A DNA stretch of 63,677 nt, counting the filler, from Candidatus Woesearchaeota archaeon (GTDB lineage: Archaea; Nanobdellota; Nanobdellia; SCGC-AAA011-G17; CAYFGV01): assembly GCA_964342845.1 (NCBI GenBank). It is 4 parts of 4 records of this genome, joined end to end, with 100 filler letters (N's around TTAATTAATTAA, not from the genome) between each part and the next. Parts side by side here need not be neighbours in the genome. Positions count along the whole stretch, not along the records: positions 1 to 17,406 come from CAYFGV010000012.1; positions 17,507 to 34,584 come from CAYFGV010000013.1; 2 more parts are not named here. One strand, given 5' to 3'. Within the stretch, counting starts at the first letter, position 1; each line of letters opens with the position of its first letter. The position numbers were made by a program, and so were the translations under genes. Below, piece after piece: positions 10,280 to 21,272 of the stretch. The notes under the pieces are model-generated. The model was given only the letters and a program-made list of their open reading frames with translations. It was not told where the DNA came from and did not search any database.

Positions 10280-13200
10280 ATGGCAGATTATGAGATAATA
10301 AAAGAGGGGACAGAAGACGTTATGAAGATTGATTACTCTAAAGGTAGAGAGGTTCCTTCTTTAGCAGATAGTAAGTTTTGTATGTCTGATGTTGTTGATA
10401 AGATTTTAAAAGTGCCTAGAGTTAATCGAGTGATTTTTGTTCAGACTAGAAATTATCAATATTCTACAGAACAAATAGATATGTTGCGAGAGATTGCTAA
10501 TCTGTATAGTTATTTGACGAAACAGAAGAAATTTTTGAATGTGTACTCTTATGGTAAGGATTTTCGGTATGCTGGTACTAGGTTTAATGCTATGCAATAT
10601 TTGATATTAAATTTATTGAAAGGGGATCCTGTTGGTTGTTATGTTGAACTTAAAAGATTTCTTAGAGAAGAAAAAGTTTTACAAGAAAGGATTAAAGATG
10701 CTGCTTTTTTGGAAGCTTCCAAGAAGTATTTAGAAATGTTAAATGAGTTTTATTTTTTACTTGATAAGTCTAAAATAATTGTAAGACTTAAGGAAGAAGT
10801 GGCTGGATTTTCTATTGGAAATAGAGAAATTTATAGAGAGTTGTTTAGGCCAATTATAACTCCTAATTTTATGATAACAAGGTTAATGGCTCAGCCCCCT
10901 TTGGATGGTCATGAAGTTGATTCTTACTCTATTGGTGATGTCGATGTTATGATTTTTAAGGTCCCTGGAGATATAGCTTATTTGTATCATGTTGTTCCAC
11001 CTGAATTTAAGATTTCTGAAGATCAGTATGAGTTGATAGAGGTTGCTAGGACTGTGTTGGCTGAACATAAACCAGAGGCAGAGGAGTTTATCGACCCTGA
11101 ACGAATGAGATATAATTTTTTCAATATTGGTAGAGATTTAATCTCTGAATTAGCTACCCATAGAGGAATGGATTTAGATTATGCTGAGTTAGAAGAAATG
11201 GTGAATATTTTGGTGAGGTATACTGTTGGTTTTGGTTTTGTTGAAACTTTGTTAAGTGATAGCAAGATCCAAGATATAACTTTGAATGGGCCTGTGGGTG
11301 AGACACCTATATTTGTTGTTCATGCAGATTATGGTGAATGTAAGACTAATATTGTTCCTTCTGTTGAAGATGGTGAAAGTTGGGCTACTAAGTTTAGGTT
11401 GTTAAGTGGTAGGCCTCTGGATGAGGCTAATCCTGTTTTAGATACAGAGTTGATTTTACCTAGTGTTAGAGCAAGGGTTGCTGTTATTACAAAACCATTG
11501 AATCCTTTTGGATTGGGTTATGCTTTAAGAAGGCATAGGGATAAACCATGGACATTACCTTTGTTTATTGATAATGGGATGCTGAATCCTTTAGCTGCTG
11601 GTTTGATTAGTTTTTTTGTAGATGGAGCTAGGACAATGTTGGTGGCTGGGACGAGGAGTAGTGGTAAGACTTCTTTGTTGGGGAGTGTGTTGGTTGAGAT
11701 TATGAGGAAATTCAGATTAATTACTGTTGAGGATAGTGTTACTGGTGATTGCGAAATTATTGTTAGAAAATCGAAGAAGATTAAGAGAACTACTATTGGT
11801 CAATTAATTGATTCTTCGATTGAAAAGTATGGTTGTTGGTATAATTTATCTGAACACGAGATTTTAGGTAATGATGAAGATGTTGAAATTCTTTCGATGA
11901 ATAAAAAAGGAATTGTGGAATTTAATAGACCTAGTAAATTGATACGACATAAAGTGAATAAACCGGTTTATAGGATTCTAACTAGAACTGGAAGAGAAAT
12001 AAATGTTACTGGAGATCATTCTCTGTTTAATTTAGGTGATGCAGCTGAGATTAAAGAAGTTAAAGTTGGTTCATTGAAGGAAAATGACTTTATTGCAGTG
12101 CCAAGGAAATTGAATTTTTGTAATAAGGAAAGAAAATACCTGAATCTTTTGGATTATTTGGATAAACTTAATAAGGGTTATTTTGAGGGAGAGTGTGTTG
12201 GGGAGTTGTTTAAGAGGTATTGTCATGAGATAAATCAATTGGCTAAGGAGCATGGACATAATAGGTCTTTGAGAAGTCATTGGAGAAGGAGAGAATTTAT
12301 CCCGTTAAAAATAGTTAAAGATTTAGTTTCTTTAGGTTATGATGTTAGTGTTTTGAAGGATTCTTGTTATAGAGGCAGTAAAAATTCTGGAACTCTACCT
12401 GTTTTGATTGAATTAGATGAAAATCTTCTTACTTTTATTGGGTTATGGATTGCTGATGGTTGTTACGATAGGTCTTCTGTTCTTTTGAGTGTTGTTGAAG
12501 AAGAAAATAGAGAAATAGCTTATGCTCTTGCTAGGCAATATGGTTTTAATGTTAAATTTCATTCTGATAGTTTTTCTCTAATGCTTAATTCTACTACTCT
12601 AAAAACTATTATGAGAGAAGTTTTGGATTTGAAAGGAAATGCTTATACAAAAAGAATTCCGGAATGGGTTTATAATTTGAGTGATGGTCAAATAGCTAAT
12701 GTCTTAAAAGGGATTTTTAGTGGGGACGGTTGTGTAGCTGATAAGGAGATAGTTATTCCTTTAGCTTCTTTGAATTTATTAAAGGATATTCAAACTTTAT
12801 TATTGAACTTTGGTATTATTTTTAGGATAGGGGTAATGAGAAAAGATAAAACCTATAATGCTTCTATAAGTTCTTTGAAGTTTTGGAAGATTTTCAAGGA
12901 AAAAATTGGGATTCTACCAAAGGATAAATTAGATAAATTAAATAGATTGTGTTTGAAGGAGAGTACTCATGATTGTTCTGATGTTATTCCTTTGAATCTA
13001 GGTGTTAAGAAAAAAGTTAAACAAATTTATTCTGACTTTAGGGATAGGGATTATATTTATAGGGATAATAATGTCGGGAGAGAGAAATTAGCGGGCATGC
13101 TATTACAGATTAAAGAAGAGTCCGAAATTATTAGTAATTTAAGAATGTTAAGTTTATCTGACGTTTTTTGGGATAGGATTAAAAAGATAGAAGTTATTGA

Positions 13201-14077
13201 GGATTTTGACGGGTTTGTTTATGATCTTTCTGTTCCCGAGAATGAAAGTTTTATTTGTAATAATGTTATAGCACATAATACTTTAGAGATACCTGGAGAG
13301 GCGTTAAGGAAGTTGGGTTATAATATTCAGTCTCTAAAAGTAAGAGCTGCTTTGGTAAAAGGTGGTGGTGAGATGGCTGCTGATGAAGGGATAAGGACTA
13401 GTTTAAGGTTAGGAGATAGTGCATTGATTGTGGGAGAGGTGAGGTCGACAGAAGCAATAGCACTTTATGAGGCGATGAGGATTGGTGCAATGGCTAATGT
13501 TGTTGCTGGAACTATTCATGGTGATTCTCCTTATGGTGTTTTTGATAGGGTTGTTAATGATCTTGGAGTTCCTAGAACTAGTTTTAAGGCTACTGATTTG
13601 ATTTTAGTTGCGAACCCTGTAAAGACTGCTGATAGGTTAAAGTTTGTTAGAAGGCTGATGAGTATTACTGAAGTTAGAAAAGAGTGGGAAGAGGATCCTT
13701 TGAAAGAGGGTGGTTTTGTTGATTTGATGAAGTATAATCCTAAGACTGATATGTTGGAGCCTACAGATAGTTTAATAAATGGTGATAGTGAAATTATAAA
13801 GAGTGTGGCTGGAAATGTTAAAGAATGGGCAGGTAATTGGGATGCTGTCTGGAGTAATATTTTATTAAGAGCAGAGATTAAGAAAAAATTGGTAAATTAC
13901 GCTAATGAAGTTAAGAATAAAAATTTGTTAGAAGCTAAATTCGTTATACAAAGTAATGATGAATTTCATAGGATTAGTGAGAGTGTTAGTGAAGAAGCAG
14001 GGGAGTTAGATAATCGTAGAATTTTACATGATTGGTTAGTTTGGTTGAAAAAGGCAAGTAAAAATGTTGAAAGATAA
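10280..14077 (+). CDS. VirB11/TadA/FlaI-family secretion or pilus ATPase containing an intein
   Basis: Walker A GTRSSGKT, Asp box ITVED|TLEI, LRLGDSALIVGEVR, GTIHG. Confidence 0.92.
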   Translation: MADYEIIKEGTEDVMKIDYSKGREVPSLADSKFCMSDVVDKILKVPRVNRVIFVQTRNYQYSTEQIDMLREIANLYSYLTKQKKFLNVYSYGKDFRYAGTRFNAMQYLILNLLKGDPVGCYVELKRFLREEKVLQERIKDAAFLEASKKYLEMLNEFYFLLDKSKIIVRLKEEVAGFSIGNREIYRELFRPIITPNFMITRLMAQPPLDGHEVDSYSIGDVDVMIFKVPGDIAYLYHVVPPEFKISEDQYELIEVARTVLAEHKPEAEEFIDPERMRYNFFNIGRDLISELATHRGMDLDYAELEEMVNILVRYTVGFGFVETLLSDSKIQDITLNGPVGETPIFVVHADYGECKTNIVPSVEDGESWATKFRLLSGRPLDEANPVLDTELILPSVRARVAVITKPLNPFGLGYALRRHRDKPWTLPLFIDNGMLNPLAAGLISFFVDGARTMLVAGTRSSGKTSLLGSVLVEIMRKFRLITVEDSVTGDCEIIVRKSKKIKRTTIGQLIDSSIEKYGCWYNLSEHEILGNDEDVEILSMNKKGIVEFNRPSKLIRHKVNKPVYRILTRTGREINVTGDHSLFNLGDAAEIKEVKVGSLKENDFIAVPRKLNFCNKERKYLNLLDYLDKLNKGYFEGECVGELFKRYCHEINQLAKEHGHNRSLRSHWRRREFIPLKIVKDLVSLGYDVSVLKDSCYRGSKNSGTLPVLIELDENLLTFIGLWIADGCYDRSSVLLSVVEEENREIAYALARQYGFNVKFHSDSFSLMLNSTTLKTIMREVLDLKGNAYTKRIPEWVYNLSDGQIANVLKGIFSGDGCVADKEIVIPLASLNLLKDIQTLLLNFGIIFRIGVMRKDKTYNASISSLKFWKIFKEKIGILPKDKLDKLNRLCLKESTHDCSDVIPLNLGVKKKVKQIYSDFRDRDYIYRDNNVGREKLAGMLLQIKEESEIISNLRMLSLSDVFWDRIKKIEVIEDFDGFVYDLSVPENESFICNNVIAHNTLEIPGEALRKLGYNIQSLKVRAALVKGGGEMAADEGIRTSLRLGDSALIVGEVRSTEAIALYEAMRIGAMANVVAGTIHGDSPYGVFDRVVNDLGVPRTSFKATDLILVANPVKTADRLKFVRRLMSITEVRKEWEEDPLKEGGFVDLMKYNPKTDMLEPTDSLINGDSEIIKSVAGNVKEWAGNWDAVWSNILLRAEIKKKLVNYANEVKNKNLLEAKFVIQSNDEFHRISESVSEEAGELDNRRILHDWLVWLKKASKNVER
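11735..13279 (+). mobile_element. Intein (515 aa) with LAGLIDADG endonuclease in pilus ATPase
   Basis: Starts SVTGD after ITVED; block B VTGDHS; LWIADG and GIFSGDG; ends VYDLSV...VIAHN followed by Thr. Confidence 0.93.
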
Positions 14078-16196
14078 AAAAGAGGATGAGATTTTAAAAA
14101 AGTACAGATCTAAGTTTAAAAATAGTGAACAGGTTGAGCAAACTATTTCTAACTTTGATGAGAAGGATTTTTCTGATGAATATAAATTATTTAAAAGAGA
14201 GTTGTTAGGTAGGGGTGCTAATTTTTATGAAGGGCTATGTAGGATTTTTGGTAGGATAATTAGAGTTAATCCAAAGAAAAAGGACGAAGAAAGATTAAGA
14301 AAAGATATTGAGATGGCTCATTTGAATATAGATGTTACAGAGAGTTATGGTTTTGCTGTTTTTGTAGTTGCTATTTTTATTTTGTTTTTTTTATTGTTAG
14401 CTGTTTTTGATATTTTGGTTTTTAGTACACAAGGAGGTGCAGGTGTTCCTTATTTTGCTTTTTTAAGTTTGATTTTTATTTTAGTCAGTTTATTATTATT
14501 AAAACCTTTAATGAATCTTCCTAGTTATTTAGCTGCAAGATGGAGATTAAAAGCTAGTAATCAGATGGTTTTATGCATTTTGTATATTGTTATGTATATG
14601 AGACATACTTCTAATTTAGAGCATGCTATTAGGTTTGCTGCTAATCATATTTCAGAACCTTTAAGCTTGGATTTGAAGAAGGTTTTTTGGAATGTAGAGA
14701 CAAGGAAGTTTGATACTATTCGTGAAAGTTTAGATAGTTATTTGATGGAGTGGAGAGAATATAATCTTGAGTTTGTCAATTCTTTTCATTTGATTGAAGC
14801 TAGTTTGTATGAAAGCTCAGAAGATAGAAGATTAAGTATGTTGGATAAAGCTTTGGATACTATTTTAGAAGGAACTTATGATAAGATGATAAGGTATGCT
14901 CATGAGTTGAAAAATCCTATAACTATGTTGCATATGCTTGGAGTAGTTTTACCAATATTGGGTTTGGTTATGTTGCCTTTAGTAAGTTCTTTTATAAAAG
15001 GAATTTCTGTATGGCTGAAAATTTTATTATTATTTTTTGGTTATAATATTTTTTTACCTTTGGTTGTTTTTGTAGTTGGTTTAAGTATTTTGAGTAAAAG
15101 ACCAACGGGTTATGGGGAGAGTGAATTTAATTTTAAAGTTGTGAAAAATTATTTTATTCCTTTTTTGATTATTTTATTCTTTTTTGGGATTGGATTAATT
15201 CCTTTGTTTTTAGGTTATCTTGCTCCTGGTGTTGATATAGATATAGGTATTGGTAATTTTTTAGGGTTTATTGGTAGTAATGGTCCTTATGGGATTGGTG
15301 CTATGATGCTTAGTTTTACTATTCCTTTTGGTTTGGCTTTTGGGTTATCTATTTATTATAGAGGAAAAGTTGGAGGGGTTATTAAAAAGAGAGAGGAAGT
15401 TAAGAAATTAGAGAAGGAATTTTCAGGGAGTTTATTTCAGTTAGGAAATAGAATTGAAGATGGTGTTCCTACTGAGGCTGCTTTTGATTATGTTGCTAAG
15501 AATATGGAAGGTACTCCAACTGGTGATTTTTTTTCTAGAGTTAGTAATAATATTCGTAAAGTTGGGATGAGTATTTATGATGCTGTTTTTAATAAAAAAA
15601 CAGGTGCTATTTTAGAATATCCTAGTGCTTTTATTGCTAGTTCAATGGAGGTGTTGGTTGAAAGTTCTAAGAAGGGAAGTAAGATAGTTGCTCAGGCTAT
15701 GATTAGTATTAGTGAGTATGCTAATCGGGTTCGTAAAATTGATGATAGGTTGCGTGATTTGATGGCTGATATTATTTCTGATATGAAAAGCCAGATTAAA
15801 TTTATGGCCCCTGTTATAGCTGGGATAGTTGTTGGTATTTCGAGCATGATTATAAGTATTTTTGTTAATTTGGGTAATCTCGGGGAAGGTCTTACTTCTG
15901 GGTCTGGAGGTTTTAGTTTTGACATGGCAGGTGTATTGGATTTTTTTGATATTACAGAGGCTATTCCTGGTTATTATTTTCAGATTGTTATTGGAATTTA
16001 TGTGGTTCAGATTGTGTATATTTTAACTGTTTTGAGTTCAAGTATTGAGAGCGGAGGAGATAATTTGACTAAAGATAATAGGTTGGGTAAGAATTTGTTT
16101 AAGAGTGGTGTTTTGTATGTTTTAGTTGGGTTGTTGACGACTTTGTTATTTAACTCATTAGTTATTTTGATATTAAGTGGGTTGAGTGGTATTTAA
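14064..16196 (+). CDS. TadB/TadC (type II secretion F-domain) membrane platform protein
   Basis: Multi-TM protein with two cytoplasmic F-like domains (TSNLEHAIRFAA; GVPTEAAF); overlaps the ATPase stop. Confidence 0.82.
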   Translation: MLKDKKEDEILKKYRSKFKNSEQVEQTISNFDEKDFSDEYKLFKRELLGRGANFYEGLCRIFGRIIRVNPKKKDEERLRKDIEMAHLNIDVTESYGFAVFVVAIFILFFLLLAVFDILVFSTQGGAGVPYFAFLSLIFILVSLLLLKPLMNLPSYLAARWRLKASNQMVLCILYIVMYMRHTSNLEHAIRFAANHISEPLSLDLKKVFWNVETRKFDTIRESLDSYLMEWREYNLEFVNSFHLIEASLYESSEDRRLSMLDKALDTILEGTYDKMIRYAHELKNPITMLHMLGVVLPILGLVMLPLVSSFIKGISVWLKILLLFFGYNIFLPLVVFVVGLSILSKRPTGYGESEFNFKVVKNYFIPFLIILFFFGIGLIPLFLGYLAPGVDIDIGIGNFLGFIGSNGPYGIGAMMLSFTIPFGLAFGLSIYYRGKVGGVIKKREEVKKLEKEFSGSLFQLGNRIEDGVPTEAAFDYVAKNMEGTPTGDFFSRVSNNIRKVGMSIYDAVFNKKTGAILEYPSAFIASSMEVLVESSKKGSKIVAQAMISISEYANRVRKIDDRLRDLMADIISDMKSQIKFMAPVIAGIVVGISSMIISIFVNLGNLGEGLTSGSGGFSFDMAGVLDFFDITEAIPGYYFQIVIGIYVVQIVYILTVLSSSIESGGDNLTKDNRLGKNLFKSGVLYVLVGLLTTLLFNSLVILILSGLSGI

Positions 16197-16233
16197 TAGT
16201 AAAAGTTAAAAAGGTTTAAGGTTTAAAATGTAT

Positions 16234-16386
16234 ATGAAAAGAGGTGCTTTGACTTGGGATTATATTGGAAAGATTTTGATAGGTGTTGCTTTTCTTTTGA
16301 TATTGGCTTTGGTTATTTGGATGTTTAAAGGGAATTTATATGATGTTTTTGAGAAGTTTAAAGAGGTGGTGACTTTCGGTGGCTGA
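16234..16386 (+). CDS. 50-aa class III signal peptide protein (mini-pilin); not in ORF track
   Basis: MKRG|ALTWDYIGKILIGVAFLLILALVIW...; stop overlaps the GTG of the next gene; alternative start at 16228. Confidence 0.75.
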   Translation: MKRGALTWDYIGKILIGVAFLLILALVIWMFKGNLYDVFEKFKEVVTFGG

Positions 16387-17406
16387 ATATAATATCTGGC
16401 AGATTGTGTCTGCTCTTTTGGTTTTGGGTGTTGTTTTTTTTGGTGTTGTGCTTGGTTTTTATACTATGGGTTATGCTGGTGATGTTTTGGATTTTTTAGG
16501 TATTAGTGAGGATGAAGATGAAGGTGGTGAAGATGCTGATGTTTTGAGGTTATTGAGTGAGGCTGTTGTAGGTTGTGAAATTGCTGAAGTTGTAGATTGT
16601 GTTTGTGAAACTGATGTTAGTTTAGTTTTAAATGAAGGAGAAGAATTAAGTATGTGGGCTAAGACTTCTGGTTCTGGTGGTGGAATGAAAGTTAAATATA
16701 TTAAAGGAACTGGTTTTGATATTGAAGATATTGATTCTGGTAGTGGTGTTAATTTTTGTGTAATTGAGGAAGCTGCTGATGATATGTGTGAGATTGAATA
16801 TGCTAGCTGGGGTACTAATTTTTGGTTTGAGTTTAAAGATGAAATGTGGTTTTGGAGTGCTGCTGCTATTCCTGGCATTTGGGAATTTGAAGACGTGCCT
16901 GTTACAGAGAAGCCTCCTGAGTGGGCTACTTTTGATTTTTATGAGAATTTAGTTGATGGTTTGGTTGGCAAGGATTTTGAATCAGGTGTTGATTTTATTG
17001 CTGATACTGCTGAATCGGATAAAGATTCTATTAACGTTCATAGACCTGGTGGACAGAATATTAAATTTAAAGGAAAGCACACGATAAATAACCAAGATAT
17101 TTTAGATGTTTGTCAAGGTTATTATGAATTTTTCCCTAGTTACGCTGGTTTGATAATTAATAAGGATGGGGCTGAATGGAATTTTCAGAGTCCTGATACT
17201 GCTGTTGATAATATGGGCTTGGATTTAATGTTGGAGCCTGTTAAGTTTTATAAGTTTGAAGAGGATGGAGTAGTTAATCTTTGTTTTGTTGGTGAGGGTT
17301 TTAGTGGTGTTAAGGGTTGTGATGATGCAGCTCTTAATTTAGAATTGCAGAGTTTTGTTGTTAAGGATTCTCAGGGAGTTTTGGTTGATGATTTGAGTGA
17401 CGGTGT
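16379..17406 (+). CDS. Acidic membrane-anchored or secreted protein, truncated by contig end
   Basis: N-terminal TM helix, Cys pairs, very acidic; ORF-track stop lies in the artificial linker. Confidence 0.7.
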
Positions 17407-17506
17407 NNNNNNNNNNNNNNNNNNNNNNNNNNNNNNNNNNNNNNNNNNNNTTAATTAATTAANNNNNNNNNNNNNNNNNNNNNNNNNNNNNNNNNNNNNN
17501 NNNNNN
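17407..17506. other. Artificial contig linker (N44-TTAATTAATTAA-N44)
   Basis: Same 100-nt structure occurs three times; gives stops in all six frames. Confidence 0.98.
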
Positions 17507-18562
17507 ATCACAACCAGAATCTAAAAGAGGTTGTTTACACTCCTCAGGAGCATGTGTCGTAATCATAATTTCACTACAATCCTCACCTGAAGTAACCCCT
17601 GCCTCAACACATTCAGGAGGCATATGCATATCAAACTTAGATTCCATCATACCATCTTCTATATCATCAAAAACATCTTGCAAATGATCAGGAAGCCTCG
17701 GCATTTCCAAACTATCTAATTTGTCACAAGCAGCCTCATCACCATCAATGTCACAAGCAGTAGCTAAAGGTGCAGCAGCAGAGCAAACATTAGCAAATTC
17801 AGTAAAAGGTATCTCATCACATCTACAATCTTGCCCAGAGGTTTCAAAACACGCAGACATTATCTCTCCAAATTTTTTAGCTTCTTTTTTCTGTTCTTCT
17901 GTCAAATCTTCATCTAATTCTCTTTGCCATTTAGGCGAATCTTCATCACTTTTACAAACACTATAATATTCATTAACATCTAATCCAGCTAACTCCTCAC
18001 ATAATTCTTTAATCTTAGAAGCAATCTCAGCAGCAGTCGCAATTGACCTTTCCTTATCAATAACATCATCAACAAATTCTCCCCTTGCATCTTCTGGGAT
18101 TTCAGCCTCAATTTCTCTTAAAGTATTTCTAATAGCAGCAGCACTTCTTTTAGCTTCTTCACTCTCTCCAGGCTCAACCTCTTTTTCTAATTCATCAGCA
18201 AATCCTTTATAATTATCCAAAGCCTCAGAAGCAGCATCAATATTACCAGCTTCAACCATAGCCTTAATCTCTGCTACTTTTTCTTCTTTATGATCTAAAT
18301 CACTTCCAAAACCATCAAAAATTTCATCAACAAAATAAAAACCACTATCAGGAGTTATACCTGCCCCAACTTCGAGTTCAGCATCTTCATAGCCTTCAAA
18401 AATATCATCTTCAGATTCTTCCTCTATAAAAACCTCTTCTTCTACAAATCCGTCTTCAAAAAAATCTTCTTCCTCAAAAACAGTCTCTTCTGGAATAACT
18501 TCTTCTGAGTCTAAAACACCTTCCTCTTGAGCAAAAGCAAAACCAATTACTAAAAGAAACAT
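17507..18562 (-). CDS. Secreted acidic Cys-rich protein (DUF5667-like GITPDS motif), truncated by contig end
   Basis: Signal peptide ...GFAFAQ; GITPDSGFYFVD; many Cys residues. Confidence 0.7.
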
Positions 18563-18631
18563 AACAAAAAATAACTCTTTTTTTCCATAAACTAGTTTTA
18601 GGTTCTCTTATTTATATAATTAACGGAAAAA

Positions 18632-18793
18632 TCATAACTTCTTCTTCAACACCTTTAAAAATTCTTTATATTCTTCTTCTGCTTTTAAAAACTTCAAAGA
18701 AGGAAATATTACAGAATCTCCCTCTTTAACAAACTCTTTCAATTCTATATCGACCAACTTTTTCAAAACAAACTTTTCTTCTTTAGTTAACAT
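18632..18793 (-). CDS. 53-aa hypothetical protein (not in ORF track)
   Basis: MLTKEEKFVLKKLVDIELKEF...LKKKL*; host-like codons; TATA-like element upstream. Confidence 0.6.
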   Translation of the reverse strand: MLTKEEKFVLKKLVDIELKEFVKEGDSVIFPSLKFLKAEEEYKEFLKVLKKKL

Positions 18794-18828
18794 AATAGTA
18801 ATCTAACTTCAAGAATTTAAATAACTTC

Positions 18829-20187
18829 CTATACTTTAAACTTCTTCAAAACCTTCTCATGTCCTTTCCAATCAAAAGCATTTTTAAAAACATCTTCTAT
18901 TCTTTCAACAGGAATAATTTTAACACCTTTCAAAACATCTTCCCCTAAAATAATATCTTTTTCATTAGCCTTAGGAACTATAATTCTTTTAATACCTGCA
19001 TTAATAGCAGCCTCTGCTTTTTGAGTAACTCCTCCAACAGCCAACACCTCACCACGAATAGATAAAGAACCAGTCATAGCAGTATCTTGTCTAACAGGTA
19101 CTTTCTTAAGAGCAGATAAAATAGCAACTGCAACAGCAATAGAAGCAGAATCTCCTTCCACACCTTCATTAGTACCTACAAACTGTATAAAAATATCATA
19201 CTTCTCTTTAATATCTTCTCCAAAGTATTTCATTATAGTAGCTGAAACATTTTTAACAGCTTCCTTAGCTATCTTACCTAATTGACCTGTAGCAATAAAC
19301 TCAGCCTTCTTACCACCTAAAGTAATTTCAGACTCAATAGGTAACACCATTCCAGAACAAGCACCATTGCCACCCATAACAGCCAACCCATTAACCCTTC
19401 CTACTTTAATACCAGAAACCAAAATAACTTGATACTTTTTCTTATTTTCAATATATTTATCAGATAGTTGTTGTTCTAGTGTTCTAGCTAATCTCTTAGC
19501 TTTCACAACATGTTTCCTCTCAACAATTTTAGCATTTGTCTCTAAAGCCAAATCACCAGCTGCTCTAATCAAACCACCTAACTCTCTTAACCTTAAAGTT
19601 AATTTTTCAGAAACACCTGCTCTTTTCCTAGCCTCTTGGATTATTTCTAAAACAGCCCCTCTATCAAAATGAGGAATCTTTCCGTCTTTAACAACCTCTT
19701 GAGCAATAAACTGAACAATCTTCCCTCTATTTTGTTTAGTATCATCCATAGTATCATTCATATAAACTTCATAACCATAACCTCTTATCCTAGACCTCAA
19801 AGCAGGATGCATCTTACTAACAGAATCCAAAGTACCAGCAGCAACTAAAATAAAATCAGTAGGAACTGGTTCACTCCTAACCATAGCACCAGAACTTCTT
19901 TCAGATTGACCTGTAATAGGATACTTTTTCTCTTGCATTGCTGTCAACAATTCTTGTTGAGAATGAGGTTGCAAATTTCCAACTTCATCTACAAACAAAA
20001 CACCTCCGCTTGCTCTATGAATCAGACCAGGAACTAATCTTTGATATGCAGGAGTACCAAAACCTCCTGAATTTTTAACTAATATTTTATTAGCAAACAA
20101 ATTTCCAGTTTCGGTTGTCAAATTATATAAAAATCCTTTATAAGGAATCTTTTCAATTTTCTTTATTTTTTCAGTTTTTACTTCCAT
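18829..20187 (-). CDS. lonB: LonB protease C-terminal half preceded by split-intein C-fragment
   Basis: 39-aa IntC then SGGFGTPA, Walker [16 protein letters not shown], catalytic EGDSAS and GGVTQK (Ser-Lys dyad). Confidence 0.93.
   Translation of the reverse strand: MEVKTEKIKKIEKIPYKGFLYNLTTETGNLFANKILVKNSGGFGTPAYQRLVPGLIHRASGGVLFVDEVGNLQPHSQQELLTAMQEKKYPITGQSERSSGAMVRSEPVPTDFILVAAGTLDSVSKMHPALRSRIRGYGYEVYMNDTMDDTKQNRGKIVQFIAQEVVKDGKIPHFDRGAVLEIIQEARKRAGVSEKLTLRLRELGGLIRAAGDLALETNAKIVERKHVVKAKRLARTLEQQLSDKYIENKKKYQVILVSGIKVGRVNGLAVMGGNGACSGMVLPIESEITLGGKKAEFIATGQLGKIAKEAVKNVSATIMKYFGEDIKEKYDIFIQFVGTNEGVEGDSASIAVAVAILSALKKVPVRQDTAMTGSLSIRGEVLAVGGVTQKAEAAINAGIKRIIVPKANEKDIILGEDVLKGVKIIPVERIEDVFKNAFDWKGHEKVLKKFKV
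20071..20187 (-). mobile_element. Split intein C-fragment (IntC, 39 aa)
   Basis: [40 protein letters not shown] contains blocks F and G. Confidence 0.9.
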
Positions 20188-21251
20188 TCTCTTAAATCTT
20201 TTTGCTCTAATATAAAATTTAATGATTTGTCTGTTAACCTCAAGTTATTTTTAACCCATTGTTCTGAATAATTCCTTTGCGTCAATTTATTTAAGGTATT
20301 TGTTAACTTATTAAATCTCTCTAATTTTAGATTTTTTAGGTTATTTAGCGTATTTATTAACTTTTCTGATTTAGCTCTAGAATAATGAATATCTATATTT
20401 TTATGAAAATTCATTAAATTATCAAAGTTCAAATTTATAGCCAATTTCATCAAAAATTTATTTTCATCTCCTTTATGTTTAAAAGTGTAAATCTTATCTG
20501 CATTAACATTCTTTCTTCTTAAATATCTTTTAATTTTACTTAAAAATTCTATTCTATTTTGATATAATTCCTTTTTACAAACCATACCAATATCTAAAGA
20601 ATCTGTTCTTCTGTTATCTTTATGTATTTTAGGAATTCCTATTTCATTTCCAAAAAAAGAACCAAAAAAACCATCTTGTAGTCTATCATCTTTCAATATC
20701 CATTGCGGTATTTTTAACTTTATTTTTGATTTTCTCCCAATAGGCGCACCTAAAGCTTGGAAAAATCTAATAACATTTCTATTTGTATTTTGATAACACC
20801 AAGAATGGCCATATTCCCCTCCTTCAATAATTCTTGAATTCTTTTCTATATCTTTTCCAAAAATTTCTTTTAAATCTTCTCCAAATTCTTTAACAGAATC
20901 TTTTTCTGAGCTTGATAAAAAAATTCCATTTAAATTTTCAAATATACCTCCGTCTCCAAAAGTAGTTCCCATTACTTTAGCTATTAAAGAAAGATTAGGA
21001 TTATTTTTAGTTAATGGAATCAAACCCTTTTGTTTCAGCCACTGCACAGTCTGAATTGGAACAGGAACATGTTTTTTAGCATGCCACCATCTCGTCTTTC
21101 CAATCGGTTGTCCTAAAAGTTTAGCTATCTTTTTGTAACCAAATTTTGGATTCTGTTTTTTAATTTTGCTGTAGTCATAATACAACCTACACTGCTCTTG
21201 TTGCCTTTTATCATAAGTATTTATTAAATCCTGCTCTGTTAAAATTATCAT
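20178..21251 (-). CDS. Free-standing LAGLIDADG homing-endonuclease-like protein (likely start MIILTEQ at 21251)
   Basis: GTTFGDGG and GSFFGNE motifs; N-terminal HTH-like [13 protein letters not shown] box 21 nt before ATG 21251. Confidence 0.85.
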   Translation of the reverse strand: MIILTEQDLINTYDKRQQEQCRLYYDYSKIKKQNPKFGYKKIAKLLGQPIGKTRWWHAKKHVPVPIQTVQWLKQKGLIPLTKNNPNLSLIAKVMGTTFGDGGIFENLNGIFLSSSEKDSVKEFGEDLKEIFGKDIEKNSRIIEGGEYGHSWCYQNTNRNVIRFFQALGAPIGRKSKIKLKIPQWILKDDRLQDGFFGSFFGNEIGIPKIHKDNRRTDSLDIGMVCKKELYQNRIEFLSKIKRYLRRKNVNADKIYTFKHKGDENKFLMKLAINLNFDNLMNFHKNIDIHYSRAKSEKLINTLNNLKNLKLERFNKLTNTLNKLTQRNYSEQWVKNNLRLTDKSLNFILEQKDLREWK

Positions 21252-21272
21252 ATTGAAATATAGGAAAACACA

